A stretch of 64,000 nt of DNA from Chitinophagaceae bacterium (GCA_947381435.1 CANCVE010000013.1:529-64528); one strand, 5' to 3'; shown: positions 8,431 to 19,377, counted from the stretch's first letter. The notes: a model not told the origin generated them from the letters alone. Numbers and translations: made by a program.

Positions 8431-8622
8431 ATGGAAAGAATTTGTATTTACCCAAAAGATATTCAGTTAATCACTGGTAAGAGCCAGCGTTATGGGCGTC
8501 ATGTCATACAGAAAATAAAAGAAATACATTCTAAAGAAAAGAAACAATTGGTAACAGTAGAGGAGTTTTGCAGTTATTCAGGTCTAAAATACGATTATGT
8601 TCTCACATCAATAAATGGGTAA
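8431..8622 (+). CDS. Small helix-turn-helix DNA-binding protein (excisionase/AlpA-like, mobile-element associated)
   Basis: 63 aa. The pattern IYPKDIQLITGKS.RYGRHVIQKIK...VTVEEFCSYSGL is common next to integration sites in Bacteroidota. Confidence 0.55.
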   Translation: MERICIYPKDIQLITGKSQRYGRHVIQKIKEIHSKEKKQLVTVEEFCSYSGLKYDYVLTSING

Positions 8623-8667
8623 ACAGGCATTCTGCAAATGTTTACCCTATGTTTACCCCAAAAAATA

Positions 8668-8706
8668 AAAAGCGTTGTAATCTATTGATTATCAACGCTT
8701 TTTTTA
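8668..8706 (+). terminator. Rho-independent terminator after 8431-8622
   Basis: aagcgttg...caacgctt followed by TTTTT. Confidence 0.6.
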
Positions 8707-8712
8707 TGTACT

Positions 8713-8789
8713 TGGTGACCGCGTTAGGATTCAAACCTAAAACCTTCTGATCCGTAGTCAGATGCTCTATTCAGTTGAGCTACGCAGCC
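8713..8789 (-). tRNA. tRNA-Arg (anticodon ACG), CCA encoded
   Basis: The reverse complement ggctgcgtagctcaactgaatagagcatctgactacggatcagaaggttttaggtttgaatcctaacgcggtcacca folds as a cloverleaf. The anticodon stem is tctga/tcaga and the loop is CTACGGA. Confidence 0.9.
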
Positions 8790-8875
8790 ATTCGGGGCGC
8801 AAATATAGTAACTCAACTTCAAACTAACAAACCTACACCTTATTTTTTTGTTTTTAATTGGTTATTGGGTGATAT

Positions 8876-10942
8876 TTAGTACCTCAATAGTTTATCTAAT
8901 CTAGTAATCACCTTGTCTACATTCGGTAGCATTGCAGCCTCTAATGCCATATTGATTGGTATTGCTGGCAAATTAAGCGCACCAATAACTTCTACTTTAG
9001 CATCTAAGAAATGATAACAATTATTAGAAATACGTAATGATAACGACTCTGCAAATGAATTATTTTGTTGCTCTTCGCTCAATACTATCACCTTCCCATG
9101 TCGTGTAACTGCTTCAAAAACTAACTCCTCATCTAGTGGGAATAAGGTTCTTAAATCTATCACTTCTACTCGTCCTGGATATTTCTTAGCCGCTGCTTTT
9201 GCCCAATAAACGCCCATGCCATAAGTAATAATACAAACACTTTCTCCCTTTTTAACGAATGTGCTCTCAGCAGGAAGAATGATATTTGCTTTACCCAAAG
9301 GGAATATATAATCTTTAGAGGGTTCAGCCATTCTTGCTTCCTCAGTACCTGGCATCTTGCTCCAGTATATTCCCTTGTGTTCTAGCATTACTACAGGATT
9401 TGGATCGTAGAATGCTGCTTTCATTAATCCTTTCATGTCAGCCGCATTGGAAGGATAGGCAACCTTAATACCTTTTATTGATAATAGCGTACTTTCCACG
9501 CTACCACTATGGTATGGACCGCCACCACCATAAGCGCCAACAGGCACACGAAGTACAACACCTACTGGAAACTTCCCATTTGTAAGATAGTTTGATTTAG
9601 AAACCTCGCTTACCAACTGATTAAACCCTGGATATATATAATCGCCAAATTGAACTTCTACTATTGGTTTAACTCCCATTGCAGACATACCAACTGTACT
9701 ACCTACAATATATGCTTCCTGAATGGCCGTATTGAATACACGTCTGTCGCCAAACTTTTCTGCCAATGTTGCTGTTTCTCTGAATACACCACCCAATCTT
9801 CTTCCTACATCCTGACCATACAAAACAGCCTCATCGTGGTCTTCCATTATCTCTTCAATGGCGTGTAAAGCAGCATCAACCATCAGTATTGTCTCTGCCC
9901 CCTTAGGGCTTCTTGTACCTTTTTCCTCGGTTATGGGTGTAGGTGCAAATACGTTGTCTCCTACAGTTGCCACATCCGGGTCGGCAGCAACCAATGCTTT
10001 TTCGAAAGCCTCAGAAACCAAACGTTGTGCTTCTGCTTCGGTATCGTTTATTTCATGGTCGTCAAAACCCGCACTTCCTAATAGGACACGCATTTTAGGC
10101 AAAGGATCATATAAACCATGTCTCAATAAATCTTCTCTATCCCTATAAAATTCTCTTCTTACACTATTACTATGGTGTCCCAATAACGGAACTCTAGCAT
10201 GAACTAATACTGGTTTACGTTCCACCCTTGCATAAGCAATTGCTTGTTGCATGGTTTCGAAGCTGCGCATAAAGTCGCTACCATCACATTGTAACCTATG
10301 TAAACCTTTAAATCCTGCGGCATACTCGTAGGCAGTAGAAGTTCGGGTTTCTTCTGCAGTTGCACTAGTCCCCCATTGATTATCTTGAATAAGATAAACT
10401 ATTGGAAGTTCTTTTAAAACAGCAAATTGTAAAGCCTCACTTACTTCTCCCTCTGTTACAGAACCATCTCCCATTGAGCAAAGCACTATTGGTGTTTCAC
10501 CATCTGCTCCTCTTTTTAGTAAATGAGAATGTGTTTTTTCTAAAAATTGTAGTCCATGAGCCAATCCTGTAGTAGGAATTGCTTGCATTCCTGTTGCACT
10601 ACTTTGGTGAATAATTGAAGGTCTGATACCATCCTTGTTACTTGGATGGCTATAATATGAGCGGCCAGCAGAAAATGGGTCGTCCCTTTTTGCCAAAAGT
10701 TGTAGCATCAGTTCGTACATGGAGAAACCAATGGATAGTAACATACTATCGTCGCGGTAATAAGGGCTTACCCAATCGCAAGGCAATAATTGAAGTCCAG
10801 TAGCTATTTGTATAGCTTCATGTCCACGAGAGGTGGAATGTTCGTATTTGCAAGCCAGCCTATTTGCGTCAAAGGTATCCCCCATGGCTTTCGCCGTGAC
10901 CATTAGCCTGTAGGCTTGTAACAATGTATCGCGGTTTAACAT
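8876..10942 (-). CDS. Fused alpha/beta E1 component of a 2-oxoacid dehydrogenase (TPP-dependent)
   Basis: 688 aa. It has the TPP motif GDGSVTEGE...IQDNQWG in the N-terminal half and a transketolase-like beta half. Confidence 0.8.
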   Translation of the reverse strand: MLNRDTLLQAYRLMVTAKAMGDTFDANRLACKYEHSTSRGHEAIQIATGLQLLPCDWVSPYYRDDSMLLSIGFSMYELMLQLLAKRDDPFSAGRSYYSHPSNKDGIRPSIIHQSSATGMQAIPTTGLAHGLQFLEKTHSHLLKRGADGETPIVLCSMGDGSVTEGEVSEALQFAVLKELPIVYLIQDNQWGTSATAEETRTSTAYEYAAGFKGLHRLQCDGSDFMRSFETMQQAIAYARVERKPVLVHARVPLLGHHSNSVRREFYRDREDLLRHGLYDPLPKMRVLLGSAGFDDHEINDTEAEAQRLVSEAFEKALVAADPDVATVGDNVFAPTPITEEKGTRSPKGAETILMVDAALHAIEEIMEDHDEAVLYGQDVGRRLGGVFRETATLAEKFGDRRVFNTAIQEAYIVGSTVGMSAMGVKPIVEVQFGDYIYPGFNQLVSEVSKSNYLTNGKFPVGVVLRVPVGAYGGGGPYHSGSVESTLLSIKGIKVAYPSNAADMKGLMKAAFYDPNPVVMLEHKGIYWSKMPGTEEARMAEPSKDYIFPLGKANIILPAESTFVKKGESVCIITYGMGVYWAKAAAKKYPGRVEVIDLRTLFPLDEELVFEAVTRHGKVIVLSEEQQNNSFAESLSLRISNNCYHFLDAKVEVIGALNLPAIPINMALEAAMLPNVDKVITRLDKLLRY

Positions 10943-10987
10943 GATGTCGTACGTTTAATGTTCAAAAAAAGGGTGTTAGTTATTTAA

Positions 10988-11602
10988 TTATTTTATTTCT
11001 AAATCAAAAAATTGATCATTTCCTATATATCCTTCGAGTATGTCTCCTGGCAAACACTCTCCAACTCCAGCGGGTGTTCCGGTGTAAATCAGATCCCCAA
11101 TATTTAGAGAAAAATAGTCTGAGACATGAGTTACTATATCATTAAACGAAAAAATCATGTCTTTAGTATTTCCGACTTGAACTATTTTATCATTTTGCTT
11201 TAAAGAAAACAGTATTTCTTCTTTTGAATTAGTAGAATTGAATCCTATCCATTTGTTAGAAAGGAGTGCAGAATTATCCCAAGCCTTGGCTTTTTCCCAT
11301 GGCAAACCTTTTGTCTTTAATTCGTTCTGAATATCTCTGGCGGTAAAATCTATACCTAATGAATAAGCATCATAGTACTTTGAGGCATGACGCTTCTCTA
11401 TGCGTTTTCCATTTTTGCAGATTCGCAATACTATTTCTACTTCGTAATGTAATTCGTTAGAGAATTCGGGGTAATAAAAAGGAGTGTTTGCTTGTTGCAA
11501 AGCACTTTTGGGCTTCATGAAAATAACAGGCTCCTCAGGAACAGCGTTACCCAGTTCTTTTGCATGATCAATATAATTACGGCCAACGCAGAAAATTTTC
11601 AT
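10988..11602 (-). CDS. Fumarylacetoacetate hydrolase (FAH) family protein
   Basis: MKIFCVGRNY..HAKELG...FMKP...GTPAGVG. The start was trimmed to ATG 11602. Confidence 0.8.
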   Translation of the reverse strand: MKIFCVGRNYIDHAKELGNAVPEEPVIFMKPKSALQQANTPFYYPEFSNELHYEVEIVLRICKNGKRIEKRHASKYYDAYSLGIDFTARDIQNELKTKGLPWEKAKAWDNSALLSNKWIGFNSTNSKEEILFSLKQNDKIVQVGNTKDMIFSFNDIVTHVSDYFSLNIGDLIYTGTPAGVGECLPGDILEGYIGNDQFFDLEIK

Positions 11603-11723
11603 GTTAGTACATTTAAAATAGTAATTATATAACCCCAAATACCTCAAATAATTATTAAAAGGTATAACAATAGTTAGTTACATATATTATATTCCAATGC
11701 TTATAACTGAAAATTAGTATGTT

Positions 11724-12302
11724 TTATTGTGTAAAGGATAGAATATTAGTGAAATTCATGGCTTTTTCTATTCCGATAGTGGCAAATTGTTCTATTATCT
11801 CAGTCGATTTATCGATTTTCTTAATAATTATAGGGCGTTCTTCTGGAAACCATTTTCCCAAAACAAACTCTACTTGCATCCCTTTAGGAAAGTTGTTTCC
11901 GATGCCAAATCGTAGTTTTGGATACTTGTCTGTGCCGAGGGTAAGTTGTATGTCGCGCAATCCATTATGACCTGCATCGCTTCCGCTTGCACGAAGCCTT
12001 ATTTTATTTATTGGTAATGCAAGGTCATCGACTATGGTTAAGGTATTTTCTATTTCTATTTTCTCTTTATCAAGCCAATATTTAAATGCTTTCCCGCTCA
12101 GGTTCATATAGGTAGTTGGTTTTATACAGATAAATGTTCGACCTTTCCATCTTACTTCTGCCATGTATGCTAATCTGTCGAGTTTATACTGACCATTGTT
12201 TTTCAAAATAAAAGCATCTAATACATCAAAGCCAATATTATGACGTGTATGATTATATTCTGCACCGATATTCCCTAAGCCGACAATCAAATACTTACTC
12301 AT
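11724..12302 (-). CDS. pth: Peptidyl-tRNA hydrolase
   Basis: LIVGLGNIGAEYNHTRHNIGF and GSDAGHNGL motifs. Confidence 0.9.
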   Translation of the reverse strand: MSKYLIVGLGNIGAEYNHTRHNIGFDVLDAFILKNNGQYKLDRLAYMAEVRWKGRTFICIKPTTYMNLSGKAFKYWLDKEKIEIENTLTIVDDLALPINKIRLRASGSDAGHNGLRDIQLTLGTDKYPKLRFGIGNNFPKGMQVEFVLGKWFPEERPIIIKKIDKSTEIIEQFATIGIEKAMNFTNILSFTQ

Positions 12303-12493
12303 GAGGCAAATGTATATCCATGAATTTAAACAAAAGCAATAAAAATATTTCGGGAATAGACATTGCTTTTTTATTTTTTGAAATAAATGGTCGTATAAAA
12401 CTTTGTTAGCATAATTTTTTCATTGAGTCAAAGCACTATCCCCCATTTGAGGGGTTTTTCAAGAATGATAATAGTTACACTTTTGTACTGTCA

Positions 12494-12829
12494 ATGAGAG
12501 AAAAAAGTATATCACTCTTACTTGACAAACGAATTTATTATTCATCATTAAAAAATACGAATATGTTAATTAACCTTAAAATGAATGTTCTTGCTATTGC
12601 AATTACAGGTATGATTATGACCGCTACAATAACCGCCCCCTTAACAAAAATATTTGGAAAAAATTACAATAATTCTAAAGATTTTTCTTGCTGCAAAGGT
12701 GAAAGTTTGGTCATGCATCACTATTACACTTTCAACGTACTGTGGATAGAAGTTACCGATGGTTATACCGAAGAAATTACTGGTAAATCAGAGCTTGGAG
12801 GTTGTGTGATTAGATGTCAAGAACAATAA
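12494..12829 (+). CDS. Hypothetical small exported/membrane protein (start uncertain; ATG 12563 or 12581 possible)
   Basis: It has a hydrophobic N-terminal segment and is followed by a strong terminator. There are no motifs. Confidence 0.4.
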   Translation: MREKSISLLLDKRIYYSSLKNTNMLINLKMNVLAIAITGMIMTATITAPLTKIFGKNYNNSKDFSCCKGESLVMHHYYTFNVLWIEVTDGYTEEITGKSELGGCVIRCQEQ

Positions 12830-12834
12830 GAAAA

Positions 12835-12883
12835 GTTTACACAAAAAAGAGAACTCCGAAAAGAGTTCTCTTTTTTGTGTAAA
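12835..12883. terminator. Bidirectional terminator between convergent genes
   Basis: Near-perfect palindrome tttacacaaaaaagagaactc...gagttctcttttttgtgtaaa. Confidence 0.7.
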
Positions 12884-12902
12884 CTATTAAACTTAGTTTT
12901 AA

Positions 12903-13643
12903 TTATCCATGCTTTCTTAAATCGGGCTGGTAGTAAAAGAATAACCTAAACGTGTGGTTCTGATCATAGTGATAGCCATCTGCCTTTTCTTGATCTACCA
13001 ACATATAGCCTAAATCAAAACTTAGCCTCTTATTAATGTTTTGTTTAATTCCTACAAAGAACCTGTTTTGATCAAATACATTATAAACAACTTCTTTACC
13101 TGTTTGCATGCTCAATTCATCAGATAATACGAAAGAAGGGAAATGTGAATTTTTGACAATCGGAATGGTGAAACTTGCCAAATAGCGTATTCTGTCAGTA
13201 AACTTATTTGTATGTGTACTTGTATCCGCCGAAATTTTTTCTTGCCAACGTTGTTCATTTCTAATTCTGTGTAGCATAGTTACATTACCAATTTTAGAAA
13301 CAATCTGAGCTTGTTCATAAACTCGGTTCTCATTAGAAAATGTATGCAAGCCATTTGTTGTCGGTGCCAACCACATGTGCGCATATCCTAAGGTAAAAGT
13401 TATATTGTCCTTGAGCCAATAATTTACCCCTGCACGAACAAAATAGAAGTTGGGGTTTGCAAAAATTTGATTAGCTCTGTAATGTACATCTGCCACCATA
13501 CCCCATTTAGAAGTAAATCTTTCTGTAGTATTTAAACTAATCCATGATTGTGTTTGGTTGTTTACCACTCTAGTTTTCACTTGAGCATTGCTAGTAAAAA
13601 TAACAAATAGAACTATAATTGATAAAAAATAATAACGTAACAT
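12903..13643 (-). CDS. Putative outer-membrane beta-barrel protein (DUF2490-like)
   Basis: Signal peptide, alternating aromatic/hydrophilic pattern, and a C-terminal ...FRLFFYYQ. The family assignment is tentative. Confidence 0.5.
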   Translation of the reverse strand: MLRYYFLSIIVLFVIFTSNAQVKTRVVNNQTQSWISLNTTERFTSKWGMVADVHYRANQIFANPNFYFVRAGVNYWLKDNITFTLGYAHMWLAPTTNGLHTFSNENRVYEQAQIVSKIGNVTMLHRIRNEQRWQEKISADTSTHTNKFTDRIRYLASFTIPIVKNSHFPSFVLSDELSMQTGKEVVYNVFDQNRFFVGIKQNINKRLSFDLGYMLVDQEKADGYHYDQNHTFRLFFYYQPDLRKHG

Positions 13644-13728
13644 GACAGTTAGAATTTATGAGTAAAGCACAAGAATATTCCTCTATCTTCTTATTTAGAA
13701 TGACAGAGGAATGTTTAACACTTTACAA

Positions 13729-15396
13729 CTACGAAAAAAATAAGATTAATAACTGAGCTCCTAGAATACGGAGAATCATAGTGAGGGGGTAAACCGTAGC
13801 ATAAGTGGCAGATGGAATATCACTTCCGGCCATTTTTAAAGCAAAAGCAAGAGCGGGAGGATCAGTTGATGCACCTGCGAGTAAACCACAAATTTCAAAA
13901 TAAGTTTTCTTGAAAAACTTGTGTGCTACAATTCCTACAATCAATAATGGAATAAGTGTAATACAAACAGCCATCCAAATCCAATTCCAGGCACTGCCAC
14001 TTGTAAATGCCGATGCAAGGTTATGACCACTACCCAATCCAACTCCTGCAAGGAAAATAGCTATCCCTAATTCTCTAATCATTAAGTTAGCACTGTTAGT
14101 TGTGTAATTGTTTAGATAAAAATAGTTGCCGTATCTACTTAATAATAATGCAACAATCAACGGTCCACCTGCCATACCTATTTTAACAGGAACTGGCATA
14201 GAAGCCATCGGGAATGGAATACTACCTAAAATAACACCCAATGCAATCCCTATAAAAATTGGAGCCAAGTCTGGCACATCTAATCTCTTTAAAGAGTTTC
14301 CTAGTGCTTTGGTTACTTCTTCTACCCCTTGTTCAGTTCCAACTACCTTTACGGTGTCACCAAGCTGTAAATAAATATCTCCATTCGTAACCATTTCTAT
14401 TCCAGCTCTATTCAGTCTTGTAAGAGTGAAATCATTTTGGTGCATTTCTGCTAAATCTCCCAATCTTTTATGAGTAACTTCATTTCGGGTAACGACAATG
14501 TGTCTAGAAATTAAATTGCTTTCAGGCTCTTCTTTCAGGTTTAAATTACTAAGTGTACCAATAAACATCTTCACTTTTTCCAGTTGAGCCTTTGATGTTA
14601 GCACTAGTAGTACGTCGTCTTTTTGAAGTATTATATCTGGAGTTGGTGTTATTACAGAACCATTATGTTTCATTCTTGAAACTACTATCGGTTCTTTCAA
14701 AAGCTCAAATAGTTTCCTTAGTGGCTGACCAATCAATTGCTCATTCTCTAGATTCAAGTGAACTGATATAGGTTTATTAGATCTGAGTATATCTAGCTTT
14801 CTGTGGCGTTCCTTTTCATTTTCTATATTTATACCCAATACTTTTTTAAGTATCAACAAGGATGCAATTATTCCAAAAACACCAAATGGGTAAGCCACAG
14901 CATAAGCAAGTGTAATTACAGAATTATCAACACTAACTAAATGTAAATCTTTTACTGCTGCTTGTGCTGCACCCAAGCCAGGTGTATTTGTTACAGCACC
15001 GCTCATTACTCCAGTTAGGATACCAATTTGATTTCCTGTTGCAAACTTTATCCCAATAGTTATTGCTATTCCAGATAAAACAACGCCTGCTGCTAATAAA
15101 TTATTACTTAAGGCATTTTTTCTTAATGAAGCAAAAAATCCAGGACCGACTTGAAGTCCAATTGAATAAACAAATAGAATTAATCCAAATTCTTTGAGAA
15201 AATGTTCAATTTCTTTATTTACAGTTAATCCTAAATAAGAAAGAAAAATACCAATAAACAATACCCACGTAACGCCAAAAGAAATACCAAAAAACTTTAC
15301 TCTCCCCATCCAAATTCCTACTGAAATAGTAATGGCATACAATAACACTGTTTGTGCTACTGATTCTTTTAGAAAGAGCTCAATAAACCAATTCAT
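13729..15396 (-). CDS. YidE/YbjL (AspT/AAE) family transporter with two central RCK_C (TrkA-C) domains
   Basis: 555 aa. Duplicated membrane halves flank soluble domains (LLVLTSKAQLEKV..., GDTVKVVGTEQGVEEV). Confidence 0.75.
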   Translation of the reverse strand: MNWFIELFLKESVAQTVLLYAITISVGIWMGRVKFFGISFGVTWVLFIGIFLSYLGLTVNKEIEHFLKEFGLILFVYSIGLQVGPGFFASLRKNALSNNLLAAGVVLSGIAITIGIKFATGNQIGILTGVMSGAVTNTPGLGAAQAAVKDLHLVSVDNSVITLAYAVAYPFGVFGIIASLLILKKVLGINIENEKERHRKLDILRSNKPISVHLNLENEQLIGQPLRKLFELLKEPIVVSRMKHNGSVITPTPDIILQKDDVLLVLTSKAQLEKVKMFIGTLSNLNLKEEPESNLISRHIVVTRNEVTHKRLGDLAEMHQNDFTLTRLNRAGIEMVTNGDIYLQLGDTVKVVGTEQGVEEVTKALGNSLKRLDVPDLAPIFIGIALGVILGSIPFPMASMPVPVKIGMAGGPLIVALLLSRYGNYFYLNNYTTNSANLMIRELGIAIFLAGVGLGSGHNLASAFTSGSAWNWIWMAVCITLIPLLIVGIVAHKFFKKTYFEICGLLAGASTDPPALAFALKMAGSDIPSATYATVYPLTMILRILGAQLLILFFS

Positions 15397-15518
15397 ACAA
15401 TTTTAGTTTGTGGCAAATTCTTAATTCACCTGTGAATATAGAAAGCAAAAGTGAGAAATAATTATGGTGTAAGTTGTTTGATTTTCAATATTAAATGGCT
15501 AAGCTGTTTTATAAAGAT

Positions 15519-15547
15519 GAAAAGAACAGAGTTGCTCTGTTCTTTTC
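15519..15547 (-). terminator. Terminator downstream of PEPCK
   Basis: gaaaagaacagag-ttg-ctctgttcttttc. Confidence 0.6.
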
Positions 15548-15562
15548 ATTAATGGAATTTAA

Positions 15563-17422
15563 TTATTCGTGTTCTGGTTCAAGCGCCCAATGTTCTGGAG
15601 AGCGCCATAATGCAGATAACAGTAATTCTCGCATGAAATAAAACTCTTTAGGAAGTTTATCATAGAGTTTTGCAAATAACTCTTCGTGTGATAGTAGTTC
15701 TTGTTTCCAAGGTTCACGATCGATAGTCATAATCTTTGCAAAATCATCTTTGGTAAAGTCTTCAATGCCTGTCCAATCCATATCTTCAAAACGAGGCATC
15801 CAACCAATTGGGCTTTCTACCGCACTTGCACCTCCGTGTACACGTTGTACAATCCATTTCAAAACCCTCATGTTTTCACCAAAGCCTGGCCATAAGAACT
15901 TACCGTTTTCGTCTTTTCTAAACCAGTTTACACTGAAAATACGTGGAGCATTACCCAGAGTACGACCAAATTGTAACCAATGGTTTACATAGTCGCCCAT
16001 GTGATAACCCATAAAAGGAAGCATGGCAAATGGGTCACGCCTTACTTTTCCTATTTCTCCAAAAGCAGCGGCAGTCATTTCACTACCCATCGTAGCAGCT
16101 GTATAAACACCAAAGTTCCAGTTGAAAGATTGGCAAACCAATGGTACAGCAGTACTTCTTCTTCCTCCAAAAACAAATGCTTCAATAGGAACACCGTTCA
16201 AATTATCCCAATCGCTATCTATACAAGGGTTTTGATAAGCAGGTGCTGTAAACCTAGAGTTTGCATGTGCAGCTGGTTGTCCGCTTGCAGGGTCATGTGG
16301 CAAACCTTTCCAGTTAGTCAATCCTTCTGGCACTTCCTTGGTCATTCCTTCCCACCACACATCGCCGTCTTTTGTAATGGCCACATTGGTAAAAATGGTA
16401 TTTGCTTTAATGCTTTCCATTGCATTAGGATTGGTTTTATAGTTGGTGCCTGGCGCTACACCAAAGTAACCTGCTTCGGGGTTGATGGCAAAGAGGCGAC
16501 CATCTTCTCCTTTGTGAATCCAGGCAATATCATCGCCCACTGTTGTCACCTTCCAGTCATCAACTCCTTTAGCAGGAATCATCATAGAAAAATTAGTTTT
16601 TCCACAAGCACTAGGGAAAGCTGCTGCCACATAAGTTTTTTGTTTTTCTGGAGATTCTACACCCAAAATAAGCATGTGTTCTGCAAGCCATCCTTCTTCT
16701 CTTCCCATTACAGAGGCAATGCGCAATGCGAAACATTTTTTACCCATTAGCGCATTTCCACCATAACCACTTCCATAAGATATGATTAGTCTTTCTTCAG
16801 GAAAATGAGATATATATTTTACAGTAGGATTATTTGGCCAAAGCACATCTTGTTGATTACCCACTAAAGGCGCACCCACTGTGTGGATACATTTTACAAA
16901 TTCACCCTTTTTCAAATGAGGATAAATTTCAGTTCCCATCCTTGTCATGATGTGCATATTAACAACCACATATTCAGAGTCTGTTAGTTGTACACCATAT
17001 CTAGCATAAGGAGAACCAACTGGTCCCATACAAAAAGGAATTACATACAATGTGCGTCCTTCCATAGATCCTTGCATCAAATTGTTTAGCAAAGATTTCA
17101 TTTCCCTAGGTTCCATCCAGTTATTGGTAGGGCCTGCATCTTCTTTACGGCGGCTACAAATAAATGTTTTGTCTTCAACACGTGCAACATCACTAGGATC
17201 GCTAAAACAAGCAAAACTGTTTGGACGTTTTTCTTCATTCAATTTAATGAATGTTCCTTTTTTCACAAGCAATCGGCAGAGGCCGTCATATTCTTCTTTA
17301 CTACCATCGCACCATTTTACAAAATCAGCTTCGCAATGGCTGGCAATGCTGTTTACCCAACTTTCCAGCTCGGCTTTGGCTGGTGAGGTTTCTTGAAATG
17401 GAAATTTAGTTTCCTGAGTCAT
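15563..17422 (-). CDS. pck: Phosphoenolpyruvate carboxykinase (GTP-dependent)
   Basis: 619 aa. [10 protein letters not shown]-loop and the length and layout of GTP-PEPCK. Confidence 0.9.
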   Translation of the reverse strand: MTQETKFPFQETSPAKAELESWVNSIASHCEADFVKWCDGSKEEYDGLCRLLVKKGTFIKLNEEKRPNSFACFSDPSDVARVEDKTFICSRRKEDAGPTNNWMEPREMKSLLNNLMQGSMEGRTLYVIPFCMGPVGSPYARYGVQLTDSEYVVVNMHIMTRMGTEIYPHLKKGEFVKCIHTVGAPLVGNQQDVLWPNNPTVKYISHFPEERLIISYGSGYGGNALMGKKCFALRIASVMGREEGWLAEHMLILGVESPEKQKTYVAAAFPSACGKTNFSMMIPAKGVDDWKVTTVGDDIAWIHKGEDGRLFAINPEAGYFGVAPGTNYKTNPNAMESIKANTIFTNVAITKDGDVWWEGMTKEVPEGLTNWKGLPHDPASGQPAAHANSRFTAPAYQNPCIDSDWDNLNGVPIEAFVFGGRRSTAVPLVCQSFNWNFGVYTAATMGSEMTAAAFGEIGKVRRDPFAMLPFMGYHMGDYVNHWLQFGRTLGNAPRIFSVNWFRKDENGKFLWPGFGENMRVLKWIVQRVHGGASAVESPIGWMPRFEDMDWTGIEDFTKDDFAKIMTIDREPWKQELLSHEELFAKLYDKLPKEFYFMRELLLSALWRSPEHWALEPEHE

Positions 17423-17654
17423 AATCTTAAATTTTATTGTTTATAAATGTGTTTTTTATCACTTTATGGTTGCTTATTTATAATGGGTGCAAATTGCTAA
17501 AGAATACATTGATGGAAAGTGACCTTCATCAGATAGGCTATTGATTTTTACTGATAATGGTCATGTTTGTAAAACAAAGGCAGTAATTGGTGCTTTTTGA
17601 GGGGAAATGAAGTGGTAAATGAGGGGGAATGCTTAAACAGCTAGCCCGACAAGC

Positions 17655-17845
17655 ATTCTAGCCAGCTACAGAAACATTCTAGCTAGCTAGAGAAACATTC
17701 TAGCCAGCTACAGAAACATTCTAGCCAGCTACAGAAACATTCTAGCTAGCTACAGAAACATTCTAGCTAGCAAGAGAAACATTCTAGCCAGCAAGAGAAA
17801 TATTCTAGCTAGCTACAGAAACATCTAGCCAGCTAGAAATAAATA
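17655..17845. repeat. Tandem array, 9 units x 21 bp (cattctagcYagctacagaaa)
   Basis: Unit starts were counted at 17655, 17676, 17697, 17718, 17739, 17760, 17781, 17802 and 17823. Some units contain the 14-bp palindrome TCTAGCTAGCTAGA. Confidence 0.9.
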
Positions 17846-17872
17846 GGCGCATGTTTTAAATGTATAGAGTTA

Positions 17873-19132
17873 TTATACCCTGTAAAGAATCTGCAAAGTT
17901 TCAATGGTTTTCTGTTCCAACACTATCTGTTTGCCCTCGGTTAATTTAGCAATATTCTCGTCATTATAATGCCTGATGGTAAGCAATTCTAATCCTTTTT
18001 CTAGTTGAACATCAAAAATGGCAGAAGCGGCTGAAGCCAATTGATCCACTTTATCTTGCCTGTCATCAACACAAAGTTGTAAGCTAACGGCGCCAGTTTG
18101 GATAAGATTTGGTTTTATTTTTATATCTTTAAACATCTGATAGAGGGCAATAATGGGTTCATCACCCACAAAAGAAAAATCTTGGCTATGCAAATGCACC
18201 AACACTTGTTTTTCCTTTACTACATAGATGGGCGGTAGATTTTTAATCAGCTTTTTATTAATAACCGTTCCGGGAAGGCTGCTATCCAAAAAACATTTTA
18301 CGTGCAATGGAATGCCTTTATTTTGAAGTGGTTTAATAGTTTTTGGATGAATAACCTGCGCACCGTAGTAAGCCATCTCAATTACTTCTTCAAAACTTAA
18401 CTCTGATAAAATCTGTGCTTCGGGAAAAGCTTTTGGGTCGGCATTCATAACGCCAACTACATCTTTCCAAATGGTTTGACTTTCAGCATCTAGGATGTTG
18501 GCAACAATTGCCGCCGAATAATCGCTTCCCTCCCGCCCTAGCGTTGTACTTTCATTATCGTCGGTACAGCCTATAAATCCTTGTGTAATATAAATAGAGG
18601 TATCATTAAAAGTAATGGCAGTTTTTACGGCATCGGTTGTCCATTGCCAATTGATGGCGGCATCCCTAAAGTTATTATCCGTTTTAAACAAATCTCTCAC
18701 ATCAAGCCATTCATTTTTAATGCCCACTTCATTAAGATAACTACTCACTATGCAAGTACTAAGCAATTCTCCCACACACACAATCTGATCGTAATAGTAA
18801 TCATATTCGCGTACGGGGTTATCGTGAAGCAGCCACTCTACCTCAGTAAAAAAATCATTCAACTGGCTATAACAAGCATTGTAATGGGTAACCAATAAAT
18901 ACTTTGCCATCGTGATGTGTTGCTGTTTCACAACGTTGAATAGTTGTAGTGCTTGTTCTTTATTATCAGCAAAAAAGGCTTCTGTCACTTTTTCTAATGC
19001 ATTGGTAGTTTTGCCAATAGCCGAGATAATAATCATCAGGTTATCTGATTGGTAACTATCTATAATGCTAGCTACATTTTTAATTCTATCAATATCCTGA
19101 ACACTTGCTCCACCAAACTTAAATACTTTCAT
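17873..19132 (-). CDS. lysC: Aspartate kinase
   Basis: MKVFKFGGASV..., 419 aa, with C-terminal ACT-like repeats. Confidence 0.85.
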   Translation of the reverse strand: MKVFKFGGASVQDIDRIKNVASIIDSYQSDNLMIIISAIGKTTNALEKVTEAFFADNKEQALQLFNVVKQQHITMAKYLLVTHYNACYSQLNDFFTEVEWLLHDNPVREYDYYYDQIVCVGELLSTCIVSSYLNEVGIKNEWLDVRDLFKTDNNFRDAAINWQWTTDAVKTAITFNDTSIYITQGFIGCTDDNESTTLGREGSDYSAAIVANILDAESQTIWKDVVGVMNADPKAFPEAQILSELSFEEVIEMAYYGAQVIHPKTIKPLQNKGIPLHVKCFLDSSLPGTVINKKLIKNLPPIYVVKEKQVLVHLHSQDFSFVGDEPIIALYQMFKDIKIKPNLIQTGAVSLQLCVDDRQDKVDQLASAASAIFDVQLEKGLELLTIRHYNDENIAKLTEGKQIVLEQKTIETLQILYRV

Positions 19133-19377
19133 CTCGCTTATTTCTTCTTCTTTAAATTAATCTTTTACCACCACAACCGCAAGGAAAATAAACATAAAAG
19201 ACACTAAATCGATTCTGGAAGAACCTAACTTAATCTAGTGTTTCTATAATATTCATTTTGTACTTTATGTTGAAAATGGCCGACACGCAATAATTAATCA
19301 ACAATATTACTGTTTCCAATCTTTCCGTTAGTCAATTTTTTATAAAATATTTATTATTCGGAAAAGAATGTCTCTTG

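Noticed and set aside
15701-17396. Several long antisense ORFs inside PEPCK. There are similar ones inside GH115, DUF5916, bioA, the kinase and others.
   Set aside because: They sit opposite well-supported, motif-bearing genes, their translations are compositionally odd, and they are standard shadow ORFs.
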